From the NCBI GenBank assembly GCA_043228905.1, contig JBHGNT010000002.1, positions 14,694,001 to 14,758,000 of the forward strand: DNA of 64,000 nucleotides. Reading direction: 5' to 3'. The stretch is from Azolla caroliniana (taxonomy: Eukaryota > Plantae > Polypodiophyta). This document shows positions 48,499-61,255 of this stretch, piece by piece. The position numbers were made by a program, and so were the translations under genes. The notes under the pieces are model-generated. The model was not told the origin of the DNA. It saw only the letters and a program-made list of their open reading frames with translations, and ran no database searches. Positions within the stretch are counted from its first letter, which is position 1, and every line of letters starts with the position of its first letter.

Positions 48499-51400
48499 TG
48501 TAAAAATGAATAACGTGCGGAAGTAATAGAAAACCGAACACAGAAACATAGGTTTAATGGAGAGTTTGACAGTACGTCGGATCGACAGAGAGAGAGCAAA
48601 ACAAGTTAAATCTATTACAAAACAATAATAATTCTCTGTACATAAAACGTGCTCAACAACACTATTTATACAAAACAATAATAGTTCTTTGTACATAAAA
48701 CGTCCTAAGAGGACCGACAAAAGTACTGTGTACTTCAATGCTCATACGAGCGTCTGACACTAACTATGAGACATTAACTACCTAGTAGTCTAGGCTACTA
48801 CTAGGCTTCCGGTTACTGTTTCATCCAGCTAACCGGCTCCCCAACTCACCGGCTCCCCGATCGGGCTTCATCCCTCCTGATGTTGATCTGGCTTAGACTT
48901 ATTCAGCTGATCTGGATCCGATTGAGCTTGCCGCTCAACACTCCCCCTCAAGCTCAACTTGAGGTCGGGTCGTAGTGTAAGTCTCCATGGCAACCGGTCC
49001 TTCCACCTGGCTCCTTCGGGCGTCACTCCGCCTCGATCACGCTCCTCGTCCGGTCCTTCCACCAGTTTGTAGCGACCCTTCTGATTCTGCGCACCTCGAC
49101 CTGCTTGGTCAGCTTGTCTGCTCAACAAGACCAATTCAACTCCCTCGTTGTTGTGACTTCAGCTCTTGCCGATTTGCCGATTCCTTCGCTGCCTTCTCGT
49201 CCTCTTGGCCTTGACTTGATCCAGTTTTTCTGAATCCTTCTGTTGAACCAAATCGACTGTCTCCGATTCATTCCAGCTCTTGTCCGAATCGGTCTCCCGA
49301 TTCGTTTTCCGGTTCCAGGCCCTTCACCACATCGGACCATGTTAGGGTCTTGGCCTTCTTCTTGCCTCCTCCTTTGTCAATTCTTCCCTCACCAGCACAA
49401 TCGGCAACTGCTTTGCCCTTGCCCGTTCCGGTGTCTTTGCCCATTCTCCCCCTCAAGTGTGGCATGTCGAGATGCTGAACACCAAGCATTTCGGTGAAGT
49501 GCTATAACTTGTCCGATCTGAGCGGTTTGGTGAAGATGTCGACAACTTGCCGATCCGAATGAACATACCGAAGTTCGACTTCACCGTTCAGGACACGAAG
49601 TGGTAGTGCACTTCTATGTGCTTTGCGCGAGCATGGAATATAGGGTTCTTGGCGAGCTGCATGCTGCCTATGTTGTCACAGTAGATCAGGATCAGGGTCG
49701 GCACCTCAATCCGCAGGTCTTGTAGTAGTCGCCGAAGCCAAATGGCTTGACAGGTGGCAACGGTAGCGCCTCGGTATTCAGCTTTAGTGCTCGAAAGGGC
49801 TATTGTTGCCTGCTTTTTGCTGCTCCACGCAATAGCCGCGCTACCAAGGGAAAACATATAGCCAGAGGTGGATCGGGGATCCGATGCATCGCCGGCCCAG
49901 TTGACATCCGTGTAGCCGACTAGCTCTTTGGTTATACTATGCCGGTATAACAATCCCCGTTCCTTCGTGCCACTCACATATCGCAAAATTTGATGCGCGC
50001 ATAGACGGTGCTCCATGGTCAACTTCTGCATATATTGGTTGATCACGCCGACCGGATAATTGATGTTAGGTTGGGTAATTGTCAGATATATAAGGCTTAC
50101 GATGATTTGTCGGAACCGTTTCTCATTGCAGGCCGCACTAGAGTTGGATCGGAGCTTGTATTTCCGGTCCAGGAGTGTGGAGATAGGTCGGCATTCCGTC
50201 ATGCCGAATTTGTAGAACATATTCAACACATAGTGTCTTTGTGAGAGCAATATTCCATCGGGGGTTCGGATCACCTCGATCCCAAGCAAATAGTGAAGGT
50301 CCCTCAAGTTCTTCATCTCAAATGCGCTCGACAACTGGGACTTGACTCGACTGATTTCATCGAGTCCGGGTCTGGTGATGATTAGATCATCAACATACAA
50401 CAGGATGCAAACTGGACCATCTAGAATTTGCCAAATGAATAAGAAAGAGTCAGACTTGGAGGCCGCAAACTCTATCTTACGCAACTGATGCGTGATCTTC
50501 GAATTCCAAGCTCTGGGGGCTTGCTTCAAACCATAAAGTGACTTCTTCAACCGGCATACCGTCGACTTGTTCATCTCCGTTTGGAAACCGGGGGGTTGGG
50601 TCATAAAGACCTCTTCTTCAAGATCACCTTGAAGAAATGCATTCTTCACGTCCATCTGGTGAAGATGCCACCCCCTTGCCGCAGGAACCACCAACACCAC
50701 ACAAACCGTTGTCATCTTCGCTACCGGAGTGAAAGTCTCGTCATAGTCAATTCCGTGGGTCTGTGCATATCCCTTTACCACTAACTGGGCCTTGTACCAA
50801 TTAACGAAACCGTCGGAATTGTACTTTACCTTGTACACCCACTTACATCCGATCGGTTTACAGTGTCGGGGAGGGTCAACTAGGTCCCATATGTCGTTGG
50901 CATCGAGTGCCCGCATTTCTTCCTTCATAGCGGCACGCCAATTTGCGTCCTTTGCCGCTTGTGTGTAGCCCTCCGGCTCACGCACTTCCGCCACCTTGGT
51001 CATGTACGCATAGTGATGTGCCATGTACTCATTGTACCCGTACCGCTTCACGGGGTTCTTCTGGCGGGAAGACGGGCATAACTTATCGTTACCCGGTTTG
51101 AGGCCCTTCTTGGCCGGTTCGGACTTTGTTCCCGAAGATCCGCCTTCTTCCTTACTGGAGTCATATTGGCTCCGATCCGAGTCAACATTGCCAGTTTCGT
51201 ATTCCGACATCTTCTTCTTCCCCTTCTCTTTGCGCGTGAATCGTCTCCTCGGTTCCTTGCGACTGGTCATCCGACTCAGCTACTAATTCGGTCCGCTCAA
51301 CCGAAACGATTCCGGACTCTAACCGAGAGTTTTGAACCCTTCTTCTTCTAACTGGATTGGTTCAGGTTCACTAGCCTCATCCTCCGGTAATGGGACGGGG

Positions 51401-53879
51401 TCGGAAGTAGAAATGGGGCATGGTCTTCTCCTCCAGCATTGCCCTTGCGGCGTTGATAAGAGACCGGTTCCTCCTCTTGGCCACACCGTTCTGTTCCGGT
51501 GTGTATCTGCAGCTGAACTCTCGCCGAATTCCCTTTTGCTATAGATAATTGTTCAATTGGCCGGAAAAATATTCTTTTCCGACATTCGAGTGCAGGCACT
51601 TGATCTTCCTCTCCGTTTCCCGTTCAACCAAACTTCGGAGGTTCCGGAAACACTCGAAGACTTCGCTCTTTTGCTCAATGAGGTAGATCCATGTGTGCCG
51701 ATTGTAGTCATCGATGAAGGAGATGAAATATCAACTCCCGCCAAGACTCACGTTCTGTGTCGGTCCCCATACATCCGAATGAATAAGGTTGAGCTTGTTA
51801 CAGCTACGATTACGTTCGGTGGGGAATGGAAACCAGTGTTGCTTCCCGAGTTGGTAGGCTTCACATACATGGGACTTCCGACCATTAAACTTCGGCAAAC
51901 CGAAAACAACTTGTTTCGTTTGCAAGTCTTGAAGCCTTCAATAATTGATGTGGCCGATCGGCTTGTGCCAGAGATCAATATCCGATTCAATCTTCTATCC
52001 TTTGGCGAACAAAGCGGTGCTGACGTCATTGGTGTCGAGGATAAACATCCTCTCGTCTTGGCGCCCTTGCACAATGATTTGGCCCTCTTCCTCGATGAAG
52101 CACCCGAGATGCGTAAACCGCACCTGCATCCCTTATTCAACAATCTGTCCAACCAACACCAGGTTCTTTGTGATGGTCAGAACGTGTAATACGTTCATTA
52201 GCTTCCCCCTATGTCCGACGTGGCTCAAAGGGACTTCTCCGACATGCACAATTGGGTGAGGAGTGTCATCTCTGGTGTCGACGACTCTCGGTTGTTCTGG
52301 TTTCTCCAAGAAGGAGAACCACTCTTTGTGGCTCGTCATGTGATTCAACGCACCGGAATCAACGTACCACACTTCCTCCGATTTGGAAGCGGTCTTCTTC
52401 ATCGAATTAGCCTCATGTTTGATCACCAAGGTTGGCCCTTTACCGGCCTTTCCGGTTTTGGATCCTCCTGATCCTTCTGCGTAGTGCGAGTATTGTTGGT
52501 TCTCTCTGCCGGCCTTGCCGGATCCCGATCTGTCCAAATTGGGGCGCTGCTTCCAACACTCACTTTCTCTGTGGCCCTTTTTACAATAGTACCAGCATTC
52601 TGTGTTGGCCTTTGCTTGCCGGCCTCTAGCACCACCTTGACTCCCCCTGCTTGTGGAGGGTTCGGAATTGCTGTCGACACGTTCTTTGTGCCTTCGGCCC
52701 AGCTCTTGCTAGTCGCTTCCATTGCGAGCTGACCCGCCTCATCCACCACGCCCACGGGGCTGATCCGCCTCCATGTACAACATCCGGTTGTCGGTGGGTG
52801 CACTTGTTGACGCACCGGCGTGGTTCTCCTCTACAAGGAGCATTGAATGTAAGTCGAAAAATGACGGCATATTCTCCCTTGTACATACAGCCGTTTGGAA
52901 CGCTCCAGACATAGACGCTAGGCCCCCAAGACAGATCTGCACCATCTCATCTTCCTCTACAGTGGCATTGATAGAGGCAAGTGAGTCACAGATCTCTTTG
53001 ATTCGGGCCATGTACTCAGCTACCGACATGTCCTTCTGTCGGACATTGCTCAACTCCTATCGGAGTTGCAGCTTCTGGGCCATAGTGCTTTCTGCAAAAA
53101 CCTTTTTCAGGTTTCCCCAAGCTTCTTTTGGTGTCTTGGCATCTCAGACATGGCTCAACATCTAGTCTCTGACACCAGACGCAAAGCAGTACATCACTCT
53201 GCTTGCCACTTGTTCCCACACTCGGAAATCCTTGTGTGCCGCATCAGGTGCTGTGTCGTTAGCGCCGTCAACATAGCTCTAGTAACCATGCCCAAGCAGG
53301 TACTGGTGCATCTGGTATGACCAAGATGCGTAGTTGGATCTGTCGAGCTTCTCCACCGGGAGCGAGCTAGCCATTCCTCTGTCCATTTTGTTTTTCCTAT
53401 TCTTTACGAAGGTTAGGTTTTCTTCTTGAGCTAAGGTCAGCTGGAGAGGTTCTCAACCCTCGTGCTCTGATACCATGTAAAAACGAATAGCGTGCGGAAG
53501 TAATAGAAAACTGAACACAGAAACACAGGTTTAATGGAGAGCTTGACAGTACGCGGGAGAGAGAGAGAGAGAGCAAAACAATTTAAATCTATTACAAAAC
53601 AATAATAGTTCTCTGTACATAAAACATGCTCAACAACACTATTTATACAAGTCCTAAGAGGACTGACAGAAGTACTATGTACTTCAATGCTCATACGAGT
53701 GTCTGACACTAACTATGAGACATTAACTACCTAGTAGTCTAGGCTACTACTAGGCTTTCGGTTACTGTTTGATCCAGCCAACCAGCTCCCCAGCTCACCG
53801 ACTCAATTGCTCACCGGCTCGCCGATCCGGCTCAGACTTATTCAACCAATCCGGATTTGGTTGAGGTTGCCGCCCAACA
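48499..53879 (-). mobile_element. Copia element with both LTRs (48499-48940, 53476-53879) and an internal integrase deletion
   Basis: Perfect TSD TTTAG; PBS TGGTATCAGAGC at 53464-53475; PPT CTCCCCCT at 48941; RT ORF 49588-51270. Confidence 0.96.
49588..51270 (-). pseudogene. Copia reverse transcriptase and RNase H
   Basis: IGCKWVYKVK, QMDVKNAFLQG, YGLKQAPRAW, YVDDL. Confidence 0.93.
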
Positions 53880-56800
53880 TTTAGTACTAATATTACTATT
53901 ACATGCATATTCCTTGGTGATCAGTTGGAACAAGACTGATTTTTTAGTACTGAAGGTCTTAAATGTCCTCTTGATTTAGTACTGAAAATATTTGTAACAT
54001 TGTAGTCATGTTAGAACTAATGTACGATTATAATATGAATGTTGTAGTATCAAGCAACACCACACTAGGGAAGGTTACTGACCAACTAGCCCCCGCGCTA
54101 CTACGCACAGAGTCTGCTGCAAATTCCAAAGTTCATGGTCATTCCTTTGTGGTAACTGAGGAAATTTATGATGAAGATGAATGTATGAGAAAGGCCAATG
54201 GAATAGTTGAAGACGTGTTGCTTCAAACAAATTCTCCTAGCTCGGCACCCCTTGACTGTGTGAACGGCAATGCTAATTGTGTGTGAACTTTTAATAATGC
54301 AATGTTGCTATACTTCTAATTTCTTATGTTTCTATCAAAGAGCCTATGAAGAAGCGTAATGTTGCAAGGAAATTATATGGAAAGGGGAAGAAATGCAGAG
54401 TTCATTGTAGTGGTGGGTCATACAAATTCTCACAAACTTTGAGAGCTGTAAAGTTAATGAGTTAGAGTAAGACCACGTGCTTTTGTTGTTAGACAAGGAA
54501 GAAACATTTAATGAAAATGGAGATACCGATTCAGAGCCACAACATGAAGAAGAATTTATCGTGTTGTGAACCCTCTTATATAATAGTTATTTTGACCATA
54601 TCACCCAAGTGACAATAATGGTTTTGGCCTATTAATATATAGAAAGTGATGTAGAATCTTGGCATGATTTAGAGCCCCAACCTGAGACTGGTCCCATCCC
54701 AAGCAATAATTATGAGTGTGATACCAATGCAAACCAGGTCTTACAACACATGACAAACACAATCATCTGCAAAGACTCATATTCAAAAGTTCCGGATGGA
54801 GATGTAACAGTAGGTAAACGATTGTCCCTTAATCTAGTATGTTAATTGATATGGCTAGGTTCCTTCACTTTGTAAGAATGTGAATTGATATTGTTCTTGT
54901 TATTTTGGAATAGAAGAACATGGAGATTCCCAAATAGGATCAGATGATTCAGGCAGTCTATGGAGCAATCTTGATTTTTCAGACTCAAATAGCACCACAC
55001 ATGAGGAATGTGAAATCACCCAAGAAGAGAAGCTGAAGAACTTTGACAGTACCGTAAACATGGGGCAAGATTGTATCATTAAGGGGATTGTAGCTACCAC
55101 CCAAGAAGAGGAACAAGGTGGTACTACGAATCACATGTCTTACCAAAACACCGCAAATAGCCTGCACATGGAACAAGATTGTACAAAGAACCAGGTGTCT
55201 AGCTTCAATCATGAGGAGTTTGCAATGAAGATGGCAACCGCCCAAGAAGCGGAACATGTTTGTACTACGAATACCGTGTTACTGTAGAACACTGGTTCTA
55301 CCCATGAAGAGCAGATTAATGCTAATACTATCGACAAGATCTTCTTGGAAGTGTGTGTGTCTCAGGCAGTTGCAGTAGAGCACAAGGTTCCCTCAAGCTT
55401 GCCCCCCCCCCCCCCCCCTCCGATAATGAACTGCCACTCAGTAGTCTACTACATCGTGGCTTTAAGATGAAGAAAAGAAGAAGGGTGTGGAATCTGAGAA
55501 GAGTGTAACAAAAAATAGGCGCATTACAAGATCTAGAAAAACTAAAAACAAAGTTTTTTGTATTTAGATCGTTGTTTGTAATTGATTACCATATGAGCAA
55601 GTCTTTGATTAACTGCTTCTTGACACTGTTTTGGTTTACTTATCCTGAATTTGAACTTGATAGTATTTGAGTACTCATCTTAGTGACTAATTTAGTACCA
55701 ACTTGATATGCAATGTACTAACTTTGATACATATATTTGTAAGAATGTGAATTTGATACTATTTGAGGTCACATCTTAGTAAGAATGTCACTTGTTACGC
55801 ACACATATGACATTGACGCTTGCTATGGACACATATAGACAGGATATGTCTAGGTTAGTAAACACTTACAACAGTATTAGTTCTATATTTTAATACATAT
55901 GAACATGGTATGTATACTTGAACGAACCATTGTATTAGTACTAGCAATTAACATGTTCAATCTGTTCCCTCATCTAGTCAACCACACCCTCATGAGTGTA
56001 CCACACACTAGAAACATGTGTGGAATGAACACTCCTATCTTAGATATCTCTAGGTTAGGAAACACTTAACACAATTTTAGTACTAACCAAAGATATTTTT
56101 CACCATAAATTGTATGTAAAAGATACATACGTATCTAAACAAAACATTGAGATTAAGAGCTTTGTCATTGCAAACTCATAAGAAAACCAAAGATGATATA
56201 TTTCCATTCATTTGTAGGCCAGAGTTTACAAGACATGCGAATGTTACATATGAACAGTGCTTGCCATTCTAAGAATTAAAGAGGGAGACCTCCCCCAATA
56301 TGTGTTCGTGAACCTCTTTGGGGACCTTGTAGACAGTGTTGTATCCTTTAACCTTGTGTTTTGCTTGACTCGTGGTGAACTTGATTGCGATGAAAGCGTC
56401 AACATAGATTATTGCAGTGGGTGCATCTTTTAATAATGCATACGTGTTCTTGCATTGTGGTAACTTTGCATAGTAGTTGCCATACCCGACACACTCACCA
56501 ATGTTGAACATGTTGCCCCAACTGTCCCTCACGACTTCTTCCAATATTGTATTTCCTTGCTTGCACACCACAATGTAGTAGTCTTCAAAATCTTCATTTT
56601 GAGGAGATTTGAGCACTACAAAATGATCTCCAACTTCCAATAATACTTCCAAGTCCTCACATTGGTTGTAGTATACAATATTGTTTGCATGTTCGTCTTC
56701 CTGGATATCCACACATTGTTCAATCTCAAGCTTCTATAGCTTCCATGGCTCCACAATTGATAGATTGGTGCATTCATCCCAAGCTTCATCTAAACACATG

Positions 56801-57239
56801 GAACAAAAGCATGATAAACTGCAGAATAACAATTGTGTTGTGTCCCTGCGACTAAACCCTAAAACACAATGGGTCTTGCACGTCCCTTTCACAATTTTAC
56901 AACCATACGATTTACTCCTATCCACCTCATTAGCACCAACCTCAATAAACAATCTATTCTTACTATCATCTGACATCTTCCATGTCAGCCACTCCACAAC
57001 ATCATGTGCATTTTGTAACTTTGCACCTTTATTATCCAACTGTTCCCTTGTAAGAGCACACTTGATCACAGCCCCCGGCCATCATGTTGTCCTTTTCCAT
57101 GTCCATACCCGAAGTAGTTCCATTGCATCCTAATGTTTGTCAATGAGAAGTATTTGGGTGTTTTGCATGACAGTTAGCCAACAAACAAAGTTAGTGCATT
57201 ACTGGAGCTTACATCTCTTAACATGACTTAAACCAAAAT

Positions 57240-57880
57240 TTCCACTAATGCACAAGAGAGGACAGTACTAAGTTATAAATTAAAAGAAATGAACGAGAGA
57301 GGACAATACTAAGTTATAAATTAAAAGAAATGAACGAGAGAGGATAGTACCAAGCTATTGATTAGTATTAATGCATGAGAGAGGACAGTCCTAAGTTATA
57401 ACTTGGTCTTAATGAACAAAGTTGGATAGTACTAAGTTAATAATTAGTAGTAATGAACAAAGTTGAACAATCATAAGTTATAAACTTGTGTTAATGAAAA
57501 AAGTTGGACAGTACTAAGTTATTATTTAGTACTAATGCACTAGAGAGACCCATCCTAATGAGTACTAATGAACAAAGTTATAAATGAGTACTAATGACCG
57601 AAAGAAGATAGTACTAAGTTATTCATTAGTACTAATGCACGACACAGGACAATACTAAGTTACAAATTAGTACTCCTGCATGTGGGATGACACCACAAAG
57701 TTATCAATTAGTACTTGTGAATGCGGGATCTGGGTACTAAGTTGTAAAACATAGTCAGTACTTGTGCATGTGGGATGATAGTGCTAAGTTGTAAAATAAG
57801 GGTACTTTACAAGGCGTTGAACCGTAATCAGTACTTGTGCATGTGGGATGATACTACTAAGTTGTAAAATAATGATACTT
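57240..57880. repeat. Intronic ~40 bp degenerate tandem repeat (GGACAGTACTAAGTTATAAATTAGTACTAATG)
   Basis: Many recurring units between transposase exons. Confidence 0.82.
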
Positions 57881-59458
57881 TTCAAGGCTTTGAACCATAC
57901 ATACAACACTTACACCATAATTAGTACAAACATTTCAAGACAATACAAACATTTCAAGAGAGTACTAGTGCATGTAGTAGGAGAATTAGTAATTGTATTT
58001 TATACAAACCTTTTTTATGACTGTTCATATAATACTCGTACTGGTAGGAAACTCAAGCAATAGATGATGTACTATGAAGTATTACCAAAATAGACTTCTA
58101 GTTATAAATACCAATCATATGGATTATTTCCTTGCAATGAAGTAGAAGGACCATGCCACCTTAAATTGCGAGGCAGCACCATCAGACCAGACCCAATGGC
58201 GATAAAAGTTAACACCCAAGGACAATAAATCTGCGTGGTGAAGCTTAAAACAATGTTGAACAAATTGCGTATCATGCTTTTTATCATCTAAAATATAGAA
58301 TATTGCTTTCTTATGTAACTCCCCATCTTTTCTCCAGTAGCAAATATGTACAAGTATTGTACATTGGTCATTGTACCAATGCATTGACTGAACCTCATTT
58401 TGAACTTTAAAGATATAGTTCTCTACAAAGTCAATAACAGATACCATAACATCTGGTGGTAAGTTATTTATACATTCCTTGAATTGTGAATTTTGCCAAT
58501 AACTCCTAAAGTTATGTGGAATGAACTCCCCGAGTTGCTTCTTAAACTCTGAGACAAGGGTAGCAGCACATGTCTCCTTATATACTTACTTGATACGCTT
58601 ACTAACGAGACCCTTACCTATATTTTCTATCATATACTCTAAATATTTCCATTTCACAATATGACAGTTATCCACGTCAACCTCCTGTCTACAAAATAAC
58701 GGTTGTGGGCAAACCTTACATGTTCTGACAAGACATGTACGATTATGCCACTCAGATGATGGTTGTTTTTCACAAACAAGAGACCTCCGTAACTCAGAAA
58801 TTGTTGCACAAGTCATGTTTCGCGCATTACATCTATTAGCACTCCCATTTGGTCTACATACCTCACAAGTGCAAACACATCCATCCCAATGTATACCCTT
58901 AGAATTAGTATGCATATTGTTCATGCCAAGCCTGAACATGTTCATTTTAATGTGGTACACACAACAACATGTGTTCCTCTCCTTTAACTTTGTAACAAAA
59001 AATGGTTTCAAACCTTGGAACTCGCGAAATCCAAGATTGATGATAGGATGTTGGTCTTTGAAGTTCATGAACAATTCAACCTACATCACTTAATAAATAG
59101 GCAACATTAATAGAAGCATTTAGTAAACAACAAAATATTTAAAACCAAATAGATAAAAAATTGAATTACCTCAGTCATCTCCAAGAAGTGTCTTGGGTGA
59201 ATCTAGTACCTACCCCGACTTATACGTTGTCTACATACATCTTTTTTATTCGTTGTCTACATACATCTTTTTTATTCGGTGAGACATGTGTGTGTTTTGC
59301 CTAAAAGGAACCCACTTCCTCAATAATCTCATGAGACAATGCATCACATCGTCGTCTACGGCCTAACCCCAACCACGTAAATTGATTTGATTGTATATTT
59401 GTTCGATGCTTCCTCAAGTTCCTTCTTTAGATACCAAGTGCTAAGGCAACTTTAGTAT

Positions 59459-60083
59459 TGACGAGAACTGAACGTTCCTTATGCGCAACGCTCGGCCACA
59501 ACCGAGGTTAGAATGATACACAGAAAACGGGAAATAAAACACGAGACACAAAGGAGAGAAAAGGGTACACAGAATGTTTACGTGGAAAACCCCAAACTAG
59601 GGGAAAAAACCACGGCAGCCCACAGGCTGCAAACTATCACTAGGTTAGTATGTACAACAGTGAGTTCACGAAGGCAACGACCTCGTACTCACGATCTTCG
59701 CCACAGGCGGCGGTTACAACAGAGGCAACGACCTCTTTCTCTCACTCTCTCTCTGTACACAACGAGAATGACAACCACAACAACAGTTACCAAAAGTTTG
59801 CCCTAAGTCATATTTATACTAATATGACTTTTCGGCTATTTATAAATGTAGCCTCGATGGGCTCTCAGAAAACATATTTACGAATATGTCTCTTCATCCG
59901 GTTCTCACCGGGCCTGCACCATCCGGCTCTCCGTAGCCGGGTACTCCTCATCCGGTCTTCACCGGGTCTATATCATCCAGCTCTCCGTAGCCGGGTGCTC
60001 CTCATGCCGTTTCGGCCTCGGCTGAGTTTGTTCATCGGCACTGTTCTTCTCCCTTCCCATCCGGAGGGACCTGTCTCCCAACA
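59459..60083. mobile_element. Solo LTR (copia-type) inside the transposase gene
   Basis: TG...CA termini with perfect TSD AGTAT (59454-59458 and 60084-60088); related to the LTR at 61256-61869. Confidence 0.93.
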
Positions 60084-61255
60084 AGTATCACTATATATTT
60101 TTTTAGTTGTACCATTTACAACCATGTGAAGGGCTACTCTCTTTGCACCAAGCTTATCTATTCTCTCTACCCCTTTCACTAAGTGTAGGGATGACTTCAT
60201 ACACTCTACAATTTCCTCTGAAACACATTGGTCCCTAAACTTAATATTTTCCATGTCTTCATTCAAAAGTTGATGGTGCAATACTCTAGAGATAATATCC
60301 CTATGATCCTCCAAGCTAAATCTCTCAATTGCTTCTAGTAAATAATGGACTACGTGAAGAACCAACCGTCTCTTGCTCCTCTTAGACATAGATTTGCTAA
60401 GGGACACCTCGCTCTTCTCATTGACGACCATTGTCACTCTCATATATTCCAGCATCTAATTTCTTGTTATTTCAGCACCTAATTAATCAGAAAAAGTGCT
60501 TAATACATCATAAAATAAACATAGTTAATACCCCATAGCATAAACATCAACCGGAAATTGGATAAACTATTGAGAGTTTGCCACAGTCATATATTCCTTT
60601 TCCAAAACAATTAACTTTTAAGAAATAATTGCATCAATTAACTTGTTGTTTGAAATACATAAGTTTTATGCCTCACAAGATGATGAGATGCATGCATACT
60701 ATTTACATCATGAAGTTTTCTTAACTAGAGTTTAAGACTAAGATAAGTATAACATAACTCATGTTATGCATGAGTTCATAACACAAACACTATTCATTTT
60801 CTTTTTCCATCAAAAACGACCCCCATCAATGAAATTCAAATCCGCTGATTCGTCAAACCATTTATCAAGCCTTATTAACAGATTGGTATTCATGTTAAAC
60901 GTTTCAACTCATATAAAACCTTAACATGGATCAATTTAAGACTTCCCTGAAGATTGCCAAAACATACAAAAACAATTTATGTTTAGCATTTTCCATGATG
61001 AATAACTTATGTCAATGCAAACTATATATTTTGCTGCTCCTGGCTGGTCATTTTAGAAGCCCAGCCTAGATGTTGCTAATCCATTATATCATTAAAACAT
61101 CCACAATGATCAGTAAAATGACTAGAAGCACTTGGTTGAAGCCATTGGTTAGAACATTACAGACTCCAAATATGCAGGTTCTAACCACTTGGCTGGTGTA
61201 AATATTTCAGATTCATGTTTACATTATTTTAAGATTCCTATTCAACATTAATCTT

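Larger units (their letters stand above)
46414..55550 (+). pseudogene. Spliced cargo gene: VDWA-motif domain, coiled coil, RING-H2 finger, acidic C-terminal exons
   Basis: ORFs 46644-47015 and 47019-47435 in one frame; GT-AG intron 47432-47520; next exon CVFC-x15-CLHTYHCLC-x10-CLHC (47522-47647); stops at 47013 and 47669; linkage of the exons at 54007-55550 is tentative. Confidence 0.7.
56269..60455 (-). pseudogene. Sola2-like DDD transposase, intron-containing, disrupted by stops, frameshifts and a solo LTR
   Basis: Cys-rich region (TCCCVYH..CVCTCEVC..C..C..C), DFVENY, DDKKHD, WSDG..QFK, WNYFGYGHGKGQHDG (57077-57120), C-terminal SCFCSMC; GT-AG intron 59081-59169. Confidence 0.8.

Noticed and set aside
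55402-55418. Poly(C) run as a regulatory G-quadruplex
   Set aside because: Single homopolymer, likely slippage or sequencing noise; no supporting context.
57240-57880. CRISPR-like array
   Set aside because: Degenerate tandem units without unique spacers, in a eukaryotic intron, with no cas genes.
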